From Chloroflexota bacterium (GTDB lineage Bacteria > Chloroflexota > Anaerolineae > Anaerolineales > E44-bin32), in assembly GCA_022561215.1 (NCBI GenBank), contig JADFRQ010000013.1:653-64652 (forward strand): a stretch of DNA of 64,000 nt. The letters are read 5' to 3'. The translations under genes were made by a program, and so were the position numbers. The first letter of the stretch is position 1. Each line of letters opens with the position of its first letter. Below the pieces are notes generated by a model. It worked only from the letters and a program-made list of their open reading frames with translations, was not told the origin of the DNA and searched no databases. Shown in pieces: positions 1-8,131 of this stretch.

Positions 1-244
1 ACGGGATTAGCTTAAGGAATGGGAGCGAATTGTATTGGACTATTAGCCTGGCCATTTTTTGTCTAGCCACAACGAATTGGCCGGCGGCCGATTGGTTAGG
101 GTGACCGTTCTGCGTTCACCCATGCGCCTCGTGCCCTTTTGGTTAGGATGGCAACGCCATCCAGAGATACTTTGTGCGTTAGGATACAGAGCAATATTTT
201 TTCTAATCAACAACAAATCATGATTAAAAAATAAGAGGAACCTT

Positions 245-1201
245 ATGAGTCCAGACAAGTTGAGTGGTCAAGCGCCGTTTGTGTTTAACCATCGAAAAGA
301 CTTATCCAATCTTCCTTCCGCAGCAAAGGAGCAGGAGATAAATTTGCACGGCGGTTTTGACATTGATACCCGCGATGGCTACGGACAAATATATTACGGG
401 ATGCCAGGAACCGGCATCATGCGCATCGATGCGAATTTGCAAAGGCAGAACATCATACGACTGCCAGACGAATTGAAACCGCTGAATTTTCACAGCACCA
501 AGATTGGCGAATTTGATGGCAAATGGCGACTTTTTCTGTCCGCCAACGATGATGAACAGGTCGTCATTCTTAACTTTGAGGGGGAAGTCGATTTTATATT
601 GCCGCGACCCGTTTTTGATGAATACCAATCGCAAGAGGTGCCCTACGAACCAACCGATACGGTATTGGTTGGCAATCAGCTTTACATCGCTGACGGTTAT
701 GGGTCAAACTACATCACTTCTGCGGATGTAAAGACGCAAAAATGGACCAGTATCTTTGGTGGCACGACCGACAACCCCGAAGAAAACGGTAAATTTGCGA
801 CGGCCCACGGGATCAACTTAAATCCAATTCATCACCATCTTGATATTGCGGACCGCCCCCATTCACGCATTCAGGTTCATCATGGCGATGGTCATTTTGT
901 TGCTTCTCACAAACTCCCATCCGGGGCATTTCTGTGCGGGATTAGTTACCTAGAGGTTCAAGAACGTTGGCTCGCCGTGATTGGCTGCTTGCGCGATCCA
1001 CAAGAGGGTCGTCCTGCGCCCATTTACATTATTGATGCATCCACCTATGAACTTCTGTCCACCATTCGCCCGAAAGAGGACCTGGGGATCGAACCGGCTC
1101 AACATCTACACAATGTTGTTTTGCATGTTCAAGATGATCACATCTTTCTCGTTTGTCAGTCGTGGAATCCTGGCCATTACTTTGTATTGCAGAAAGTTTA
1201 A
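245..1201 (+). CDS. hypothetical beta-propeller protein (NHL / peptidyl-hydroxyglycine-lyase-like repeats)
   Basis: 318-aa ORF with an AAGAGGAA RBS just upstream of the ATG. Motifs IADGYGSNYI and ADRPHSRIQVH resemble NHL/PAL propeller blades. The function is not established. Confidence 0.6.
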   Translation: MSPDKLSGQAPFVFNHRKDLSNLPSAAKEQEINLHGGFDIDTRDGYGQIYYGMPGTGIMRIDANLQRQNIIRLPDELKPLNFHSTKIGEFDGKWRLFLSANDDEQVVILNFEGEVDFILPRPVFDEYQSQEVPYEPTDTVLVGNQLYIADGYGSNYITSADVKTQKWTSIFGGTTDNPEENGKFATAHGINLNPIHHHLDIADRPHSRIQVHHGDGHFVASHKLPSGAFLCGISYLEVQERWLAVIGCLRDPQEGRPAPIYIIDASTYELLSTIRPKEDLGIEPAQHLHNVVLHVQDDHIFLVCQSWNPGHYFVLQKV

Positions 1202-1668
1202 TGTACGCGGAACCAAGATAAACAGCCCCAAGTCGATCAGCTGATATGCGTGGGTTGCTCCATGGCTGGATAACAGGAGTTCTCTCGTCGGTCGCGCCAG
1301 GAAGGCCCCATAAGGGCAAAGCGAGGGAGCTGCGCGAGAGATTTCCAATGCAGATTTCATCCGAAATCAACCCGACTAGATCCTGATGTCGTTAGGGAAA
1401 GTCAGAAGGCAATAAATGGATAGACACTTTATGCGGATGGGGGGTTGCACTTCCAGCTGACACAAGTAATTGTCTATTGGGAAATAGGGATTTATTTGGT
1501 ACCCTTAACCGTTCGCCAGCAGCCGACGGTTCACTGGCGCAACCAGTTATCACGGAAACATGCCAACTCGGGCATCGATGGAGTGCACCATAATCAATGA
1601 AACATTAGGGTAGGACCAATCCAATCAATATCCAAAAGGAGTGAGCGCGTTTCACGCGCAGCAATTTT

Positions 1669-3138
1669 ATGAAGCTACCAAAGATCATTCAAGGGGGAAT
1701 GGGCGTTGCCATTTCCGACTGGAACCTGGCCAAAAGTGTGTCGATGGCGGGGCATATGGGAGTCGTTTCGGGGACAGGAATTGGGCCGGTCATGATTGGG
1801 CGGTTGATGGGGGGCGATAGAGAAGGTCATATTCGGCGAGCACTAAGCCATTTTCCTTTTCAAGAGCCGGTTCGCCGTATTTTAAATAGGTACTATGTCG
1901 CCGACCCAATAACTCCGCAGCCGCCTTACAAACGTCTGACGATGTGGACCCTCAAGCCACCCAGAGCGCTCAACGAAATGACAGTCATTGCCAACTTCGT
2001 CGAAGTGTTTCTGGCGAAGGAGGGGCATCAGAACGTGGTAGGGCTGAACCTGTTGGAGAAATTGCAGATGCCGACGATGGCCTCTCTCTACGGAGCGATG
2101 CTGGCGCAGGTAGACTTCGTGATCATGGGAGCCGGCATTCCGCTGCAAATTCCCGGCATCCTCGATAAGCTGGCCGACCACCAGGCGGTCAGCTACCGGA
2201 TCGATATGCAGGCAGCCGATCTGGAAGATGATTATCAGATACACTTTGATCCCCAGGTAATTTTCCCCGTCGTCGTGGAAAAGATAGGCCGCTTGCCGCG
2301 CCCCAATTTCCTGCCGATCATCTCCTCTGTGGTGCTTGCGAAAGCCCTGATCAAGCGGGCAACGGGAAAGATTAACGGCTTTATCATCGAAGCACCCACG
2401 GCTGGTGGACACAATGCTCCCCCCAGAGGGCCGATGCTCCTGGATGAGGAGGGCGAGCCGATTTATGGGAAGAAAGATGAAGTGGACCTGGATAAAATTA
2501 AAAAGCTCGGTCTGCCCTTTTGGATGGCCGGTGGCTACGACAGCCCAGAGAAATTGAAGGAGGCACTGGATGCTGGCGCAAGCGGTATCCAGGTGGGCAC
2601 CTCCTTCGCCTATTGCGCCGAATCGGGCATGGATGACAAAATAAAAAGGCGCGTCATCCAAAAAGTCCTCGATCAAGACATAAAAGTGCGCACCGATCCC
2701 CTCGTCTCCCCAACCGGCTACCCCTTCAAAGTGGTTCAACTGGATGGAACCCTGTCCGATCCGCAGATAGTCCATGACCGGCCGCGACTGTGCGATATTG
2801 GCATGCTGCGAATTACTTACAAGCGATCGGATGGCAAAGTGGGCTACCGTTGTTCGGCCGAACCGGTGGACCAATACCTGGCCAAAGAGGGCAACCTGGA
2901 GGATACAGTCGGAAAAAGTTGCCTATGCAACAATCTACTCACCACAGCGGGCTATGGGCAACATCGAAAAGACGGCTACGTCGAACCGCCGATAGTCACT
3001 TCGGGAGACGGGCTGACAGGTATCGGCAAATATGTCGTACCGGGCGAACAAGCCTATACCGCCCAGGATGTGCTTGACTATCTGACCGGGCGAAAAACCC
3101 CCAACCAGAATGATCCGCAAGTTGCGGTCGCCAACTGA
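1669..3138 (+). CDS. nitronate monooxygenase (NMO / 2-nitropropane dioxygenase-like) family FMN oxidoreductase
   Basis: 489-aa ORF. The N-terminal IQGGMGVAIS motif and the later GFIIEAPTAGGHN and GIQVGTSF motifs are typical of the NMO/FabK-like TIM-barrel family. Ends in TGA. Confidence 0.85.
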   Translation: MKLPKIIQGGMGVAISDWNLAKSVSMAGHMGVVSGTGIGPVMIGRLMGGDREGHIRRALSHFPFQEPVRRILNRYYVADPITPQPPYKRLTMWTLKPPRALNEMTVIANFVEVFLAKEGHQNVVGLNLLEKLQMPTMASLYGAMLAQVDFVIMGAGIPLQIPGILDKLADHQAVSYRIDMQAADLEDDYQIHFDPQVIFPVVVEKIGRLPRPNFLPIISSVVLAKALIKRATGKINGFIIEAPTAGGHNAPPRGPMLLDEEGEPIYGKKDEVDLDKIKKLGLPFWMAGGYDSPEKLKEALDAGASGIQVGTSFAYCAESGMDDKIKRRVIQKVLDQDIKVRTDPLVSPTGYPFKVVQLDGTLSDPQIVHDRPRLCDIGMLRITYKRSDGKVGYRCSAEPVDQYLAKEGNLEDTVGKSCLCNNLLTTAGYGQHRKDGYVEPPIVTSGDGLTGIGKYVVPGEQAYTAQDVLDYLTGRKTPNQNDPQVAVAN

Positions 3139-3308
3139 CAGATTATTGCAAGGCGCAGCTAAAGTCCGCTTCTGAGGTGGGCGTGTTCGACAACAAGTTG
3201 ATTTTGGTGTCGCTGCCGTTGAACAGCTGCCTGTCGATATTCCTCCCATTAAGCCTCGTTGCCATTCGTCTGCTACGTACAATAGATGCATCGAAATGAG
3301 GTGCGCCT

Positions 3309-3863
3309 ATGGCCTGGATCAAGATCATCCACGAAAACGAAGCGGACGGCGAACTTAAAGCCGCTTATGCGGAACTAACCGAGCCGTGGGGCGGTGTGGA
3401 TAACATCATGAAGATCCACAGCCTCAACCCACCGTCCTTGGCGGGGCATTCCGCCCTCTACCGAACTTTGATGCGCGGCCATTCCGACCTGACAATCGTG
3501 CAGCGCGAGATGATCGCAGTTGTGGTCTCAGCGCTCAACCGCTGTCACTATTGACTGCGACATCACGGAGCGGGACTCCGTCGACAGACGCGTGACGCCG
3601 AGCTGGTCGAACAACTGATGGCGGACTTCCGTCAGGCGCCATTGAAAAGCTCAGATCGGGAGATGCTTGACTATGCCACGAAACTGACGCGAGAGCCGTG
3701 GAACATGGCGGAACAGGATGTCATCTCCCTGCGTGAAGCGGGCTTCAGCGATGAGGCAATCCTCGATATCAACCAGGTTACGGGTTACTATGCCTTCGTA
3801 AATCGGCTGGCGGATGGCCTCGGTGTTGAGCTGGAGGCGTTTTGGAAAGAGGGAAGAGAGTAG
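3309..3863 (+). CDS. AhpD-like / carboxymuconolactone-decarboxylase-family peroxidase-related protein, candidate selenoprotein (in-frame TGA at 3552-3554)
   Basis: ORFs 3309-3554 and 3618-3863 are in the same frame with no other stop between them. The joined sequence reads ...SALNRCHY-TGA-LRHHGAGLRR..., so the TGA falls on the second Cys of the family motif C-x-Y-C-x-x-HH. The C-terminal half (REPW..., INQVTGYYAFVNR) is also typical of this family. Confidence 0.6.
3565..3581 (+). promoter_or_regulatory. SECIS-like hairpin downstream of in-frame TGA
   Basis: ACGGAG-CGGGA-CTCCGT: a 6-bp stem with a G-rich 5-nt loop, starting 10 nt after the TGA at 3552-3554. Confidence 0.4.
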
Positions 3864-3906
3864 TCGGGCGGAACTGGTTTTCAACTTCAGGAAAGGACAA
3901 TCGTAC

Positions 3907-5070
3907 ATGGAAACAGGCACTTCACAGATGAAACAGACCCCCATCGTCTCCCCTGATGATCAGAAGGTGACCTTCGTTGAACTGTTCTTCGATTTGGTGT
4001 TCGTGTTTTCTGTAACACAGGTCGTCAGCCTGCTGCACAAGGACTTATCTTGGATCACGGTGGGCCAGGCGATCCTTGTGTTCTGGCTCGTATGGTGGGG
4101 GTGGGGTCAATTCACTTGGGCGCTGAATGCTGCCAATACGACACACCATTTCGTCCAGATCGCTGTACTGATGGCAGCTGCAATTGCGCTCTTTATGGGT
4201 ATCAGTCTTCCGGGGGCGTTTCAGGATCGAGCGTTGTGGTTCGCCATCTCTTACATTCTAGTACGACTGATTGGACTGATCCTGTTCTCCCTCGTATCCC
4301 TGGAAGATCCCGCAATGCGTGGAGCAGTACGAACCTGGACCCTGCTATCGATTACGGGCATTATTGCTATTGTTGCAGGAGGGTACATGGGCGGCGCGGC
4401 GCAATACGTGTTATGGGGCCTTGCAATCGTCCTGGACATCTTCGCCGCGAACGTCAGCGGACAAGCGGAGGGGTGGAAAATTCAACCGGATCACTTTAGT
4501 GAACGCCATGGGCTCTTTGTCATCATCGCGTTGGGTGAAACTTTGATTGTCGCGGCGAGTGAAGTTACAGAAGCGATCTTAACTTTCAACCTTGTCGTTG
4601 TAGGAGTTCTGGTAGTCGCAATCACCTGCGCCCTCTGGTGGAGCTACTTCGTGCGCGCCAAACCCGTGCTCGATCACGCCCTTAAATCTTCTCAAGGTGG
4701 CAAGCGATCGACGATGGCGAGAGACGTTTACAGCATGCTGCATTTCCCGATGTTATTCGGGGTGATCGCCTATGCCGCCTTGGTGGAAGAAGCCGTAGCC
4801 GATCCTGGTGAGCCGCTACCCTTGGCGGGAAGAGCGATGCTTGCGCTCGCTGTGGTCCTTTTTGTTGGTGGGATGGCGGTTGCCTTGTGGCGCGCGACCG
4901 GCAATCCTGTGTGGGCACGTGCGATTCTCATCATTGCGACAGCCATGGCGATCATGGCTGTCGCTGGAGTGAGCACCGCGGTCAGCCTCGGTATTGCGCT
5001 CAGCGGCATCCTCGCGATTATAGTGCTGGAGCAGCGCGCCCGAAGCTTGGTTGGAGCTGAACGTGCCTAG
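3907..5070 (+). CDS. low temperature requirement protein A (LtrA) family membrane protein
   Basis: The VTFVELFFDLVFVFSVTQ signature sits near the N-terminus, followed by many TM segments. I prefer the ATG at 3907, which follows an AGGAAAGGA RBS. The ORF track extends upstream to 3814 and would overlap the previous gene. Confidence 0.8.
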   Translation: METGTSQMKQTPIVSPDDQKVTFVELFFDLVFVFSVTQVVSLLHKDLSWITVGQAILVFWLVWWGWGQFTWALNAANTTHHFVQIAVLMAAAIALFMGISLPGAFQDRALWFAISYILVRLIGLILFSLVSLEDPAMRGAVRTWTLLSITGIIAIVAGGYMGGAAQYVLWGLAIVLDIFAANVSGQAEGWKIQPDHFSERHGLFVIIALGETLIVAASEVTEAILTFNLVVVGVLVVAITCALWWSYFVRAKPVLDHALKSSQGGKRSTMARDVYSMLHFPMLFGVIAYAALVEEAVADPGEPLPLAGRAMLALAVVLFVGGMAVALWRATGNPVWARAILIIATAMAIMAVAGVSTAVSLGIALSGILAIIVLEQRARSLVGAERA

Positions 5071-5101
5071 TACTGAGTCAAGATGATAGTGGTGGAACGA
5101 T

Positions 5102-5246
5102 GTCATTCTGAGGAGCGAAGGCGCTTCATAATCCGAAGCGACGAAGAATCTCGTTTTCCAATGAAAAAAGTCCTTGTCCATGGGCAACGAGATCCTTTCG
5201 TTCGTTGAAAGGCATTTGCATCCTCTTCGCTTTGGCTCAGAATGAC
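5102..5246. repeat. nested-palindrome MITE-like element (family A), complete copy
   Basis: Termini are GTCATTCTGA...TCAGAATGAC. An inner inverted repeat GAAGAATCTCGTTTTCC...GCAACGAGATCCTTTC lies between them. The element is intergenic. Confidence 0.75.
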
Positions 5247-5337
5247 AACCCATCCTATCCACGATGACATAGCACTAGTGGCGAATCGCCGGAGATGGGC
5301 TCGAGACCGCTAGACAAAAATCGAGTTGAGGTTGAGA

Positions 5338-5724
5338 ATGTCCAATTCAGAAAGTAGCGTCATAGATGAGATTATTCGAGTTGAGCAGCGCTGGGTGCAG
5401 GCTCATCGCGATCTTGATCTCCCCGCGCTGGAGGATATCCTGGCCGAGGATTATGTTCAGATACGGGCGGACGGAAGAGTAATTGGCAAATCCGAGGCGA
5501 TGCAATCCTATCGATCTGGAAAAAGGAGATGGGATTTCGCGCAGAGCGATCAATATCGCGTGAATGTGTATGGTGACGTTGCAATCCTGCTGGGGCGCTG
5601 GATGGGGCGCGGGGAAAACGATGGCGCCGCGTTCGACTATAGCGCGCGCTTCATGGCAATTTATGTGCGGCACGATAACCGCTGGCAGTTAACAGCCGAT
5701 CAATCTACCCCGCTCAGCGAATAA
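5338..5724 (+). CDS. SnoaL-like / DUF4440 (NTF2-fold) protein
   Basis: About 128 aa. The pattern EQRWVQAHRDLDLPALEDILAEDY...GDVAILLGRW...IYVRHDNRWQL is typical of DUF4440/NTF2-like proteins. Confidence 0.7.
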   Translation: MSNSESSVIDEIIRVEQRWVQAHRDLDLPALEDILAEDYVQIRADGRVIGKSEAMQSYRSGKRRWDFAQSDQYRVNVYGDVAILLGRWMGRGENDGAAFDYSARFMAIYVRHDNRWQLTADQSTPLSE

Positions 5725-5758
5725 AATTATCCGCAACGCTTAGCTACTCGAAGGATTT

Positions 5759-6259
5759 ATGCCGCTGCCCAATAGGATGACGGGTGATTCAGCTCGACAC
5801 GTTGCGCGCATTATCGTGATGGATGATGCCGACAAAGTGCTGCTTGTGCGTTATGAAGATGCAGAGTCATTCGACCCGGATGGTGAAGGACCGGTCACGT
5901 ATTGGGTTCCACCCGGAGGTGCGCTCAATAAGTACGAGTCGCATCGCTCTGCAGCGGCACGCGAATTGCATGAAGAGACTGGGCTAACGCCTGAGATTGG
6001 CCCGGCGCTCTGGGAGGGCAGGATCACATTGCGGATCGAGGGCAAGCTGGTTAATCAGTGGGAAAGATATTTCCTGGCGAGGTTGCCGGTTTCATCCCCG
6101 ACCGTTTCGAACCAGTCAGCGGAGGCCATTGTGGAGCATCGCTGGTGGACCTTGCCTGAACTTAAGCGTTCCTCTGCGCAGTTTTTTCCAAAGAGACTTT
6201 TTAAACTTCTGGCGCCAGTCATTAAGGGTGAAATTTCATCGGCTGCACTCCGGATTTGA
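5759..6259 (+). CDS. NUDIX hydrolase
   Basis: Complete Nudix box GALNKYESHRSAAARELHEETGL, matching GX5EX7REUXEEXGU. Confidence 0.85.
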   Translation: MPLPNRMTGDSARHVARIIVMDDADKVLLVRYEDAESFDPDGEGPVTYWVPPGGALNKYESHRSAAARELHEETGLTPEIGPALWEGRITLRIEGKLVNQWERYFLARLPVSSPTVSNQSAEAIVEHRWWTLPELKRSSAQFFPKRLFKLLAPVIKGEISSAALRI

Positions 6260-6374
6260 TCGCGCGTACAACCGGCCTGGATGTGGTGCATTTATTCAGG
6301 GATTGGCCGACGTATTGCTCCCCGGTCGAAATTTCGACTTGCGCGCGGAACCCAGAAGAATTTGGACCTGGGCG

Positions 6375-6788
6375 TCAACCCCCCACAATCGGGGAAAAAG
6401 TGTAGCACCATGCCACACCTTCAAGGACAATTTCGCCATCCGCGCGTGTTACCGTTACGGCGATCTCGGTAACAGGCTTAGAATCATGCACACTCAAGAT
6501 TTCAGCCCTGGCGGTCACCGTATCCCCAATAAAAACGGGAGCCGTGAAGCGCCATTCCTGGCTCATAAATACCGTGCCAGGCCCGGGTAGATCTTCGGCC
6601 ACGAGGGCGTGAAGAAGCCCGGTGGTGAGCCCGCCCTGGACCACCAATCTCCCAAATTTGGTAGCAGCCACAAACCCTTCATCGAAGTGCAGCGGGTTTC
6701 GATCCCCGGTCAGTTCAGCATAGGTACGCACGTGCTCGGCCGTGAAGGTGATGCTGCGCTGTGCCGTCTGGCCGACGTGGTAATTCAA
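6375..6788 (-). CDS. MaoC-like (R)-specific enoyl-CoA hydratase / dehydratase
   Basis: 137-aa hot-dog-fold protein with YAELTGDRNPLHFD and VQGGLTTGLL motifs. Confidence 0.85.
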   Translation of the reverse strand: MNYHVGQTAQRSITFTAEHVRTYAELTGDRNPLHFDEGFVAATKFGRLVVQGGLTTGLLHALVAEDLPGPGTVFMSQEWRFTAPVFIGDTVTARAEILSVHDSKPVTEIAVTVTRADGEIVLEGVAWCYTFSPIVGG

Positions 6789-6830
6789 TGTGCTGCCTTC
6801 CTCCTGTCAAGCAAGGGAATCAGGGTGGTA

Positions 6831-8069
6831 TTAGCGGCGACCCCCCGCCAGCCGAACCGCGGCGGGGGAGCGGCGCAACGCCAGCATCCCCCAAATTCCG
6901 ACCAGAGGCCCGAAGGCAAGGATAACAAACGCCCACTCCCAGCCGACGCGGGAAACAAGGCTCGGGACCAGGCGAATCGTGAATAACGTCAAAAGGAAGC
7001 CGATGCTGGTCTGCAGGGTCAAAGAAGTTCCCACGTAACGCTCGTCACAGAGCTCGCTGATGCTGGCGGAGAATTGTGCCGAGTCGGCCACGACCGTAAA
7101 CCCCCAGATCAGGCTCAGCGCCACGAGCGGGATCATCGGACCGCCGAAGAGAAATCCAATCGTAAGGGCGCAGGCGCCGCTGATCCCCATCAAGAGCGAT
7201 GTCACCGCCGTTCGCCCGATGCGATCCGCGAGCTGTCCGGCGAACAAGCTTCCCAGGGCGCCAGCGCCGAAAACAGCAAATGAAAGAACACTGGCGAGGC
7301 GAAGATCCAGGCCCAGCGATTCGAAACTTGCCAATAAAAACACCGGCAGCCAGGCCCACATGGCAAATAGCTCCCACATGTGGCCCAAATACCCAAGATT
7401 GGTGAGCATGATCTCGCGGTCGCGCAGGATCGCTCCTACGTAGCGCCAATTGAATCTCGGCGTGCGCGCGGCGAAGGGTCCCTCACGCACAAAAATCGCC
7501 GCCACCAGCGCCCCGGCTGCAGCCAGCCCCGCCGATAGATAGAGCACATACTTCCAATCCTCAAATCCGCCAGCCGCGTTGATCAGGTGTGGGGCGCCAG
7601 AGCCGAGGGCAAGCGCACCCACCAGCAAGCCAAGCCCAAGCCCGCGATCGGCCTTGGTCCAGGTAGCCATGATTTTCATAGCGACGGGATAGACGCCTGC
7701 GAGGGCCACGCCGGTCAGGAATCTCAGGGTCAATGCAATGCCCAGGCCGCTAGCGGAGGTTGCAATCAATGCGGTAGCGAGAGCCGCCAAGGCAGATGAG
7801 ATTGCCATCATCCAACGTGCGGGCAGACGATCGGCCAGGTTGAGCAGCGAGGAAGCAATCGCTCCCACGACGAACCCGATTTGAACCGACATTGTCAGCC
7901 AGGCGCGTCCAGAGTCATCCAACTGCCAGAGCTGACTCAATTGCGGCACAATAGCCGAGGCAGAGAACCAAACCGACATCCCGAACAGCGTTGCTATAGA
8001 AAGAAGGACCAGCGTGGGCCACTTGCCCACAATTCCGATAGAGCGCGGATGCGCGACTGCTTCGCCCAA
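6831..8069 (-). CDS. MFS transporter
   Basis: 412 aa and roughly 12 predicted TM helices. Gly/Ala-rich helices and loop motifs (ADRLPAR, DRIGR) resemble MFS. Confidence 0.8.
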   Translation of the reverse strand: MGEAVAHPRSIGIVGKWPTLVLLSIATLFGMSVWFSASAIVPQLSQLWQLDDSGRAWLTMSVQIGFVVGAIASSLLNLADRLPARWMMAISSALAALATALIATSASGLGIALTLRFLTGVALAGVYPVAMKIMATWTKADRGLGLGLLVGALALGSGAPHLINAAGGFEDWKYVLYLSAGLAAAGALVAAIFVREGPFAARTPRFNWRYVGAILRDREIMLTNLGYLGHMWELFAMWAWLPVFLLASFESLGLDLRLASVLSFAVFGAGALGSLFAGQLADRIGRTAVTSLLMGISGACALTIGFLFGGPMIPLVALSLIWGFTVVADSAQFSASISELCDERYVGTSLTLQTSIGFLLTLFTIRLVPSLVSRVGWEWAFVILAFGPLVGIWGMLALRRSPAAVRLAGGRR

Positions 8070-8131
8070 GTGAAAAATCTCCTTAACGAGTGCCTGTAGG
8101 CATCGCCGACAAACCGCGCCCGAGCAGAAGC

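Noticed and set aside
43-258. A 71-aa minus-strand ORF at the left edge.
   Set aside because: No RBS and an odd composition. It overlaps the promoter/leader and the start of the 245-1201 gene, so it is likely spurious.
1882-2874. A 330-aa ORF antisense to the NMO gene. Similar long antisense or overlapping ORFs occur at 9182-10252, 22629-23231, 26708-27331, 35155-35730 and 39936-40709.
   Set aside because: All lie fully inside, or mostly overlap, strongly supported genes on the other strand. They have low-complexity Arg/Gly/Pro-rich translations typical of antisense frames in GC-rich DNA, and they show no motifs.
3552-3554. Global reassignment of TGA (genetic code 4 or 25: Trp or Gly) as the explanation for the in-frame TGAs.
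   Set aside because: Several well-conserved full-length genes end precisely at TGA with family-typical C-termini (1669-3138, 5759-6259, 39091-40239, 41215-41940). In addition, three of the in-frame TGAs align with Cys, not Trp or Gly.
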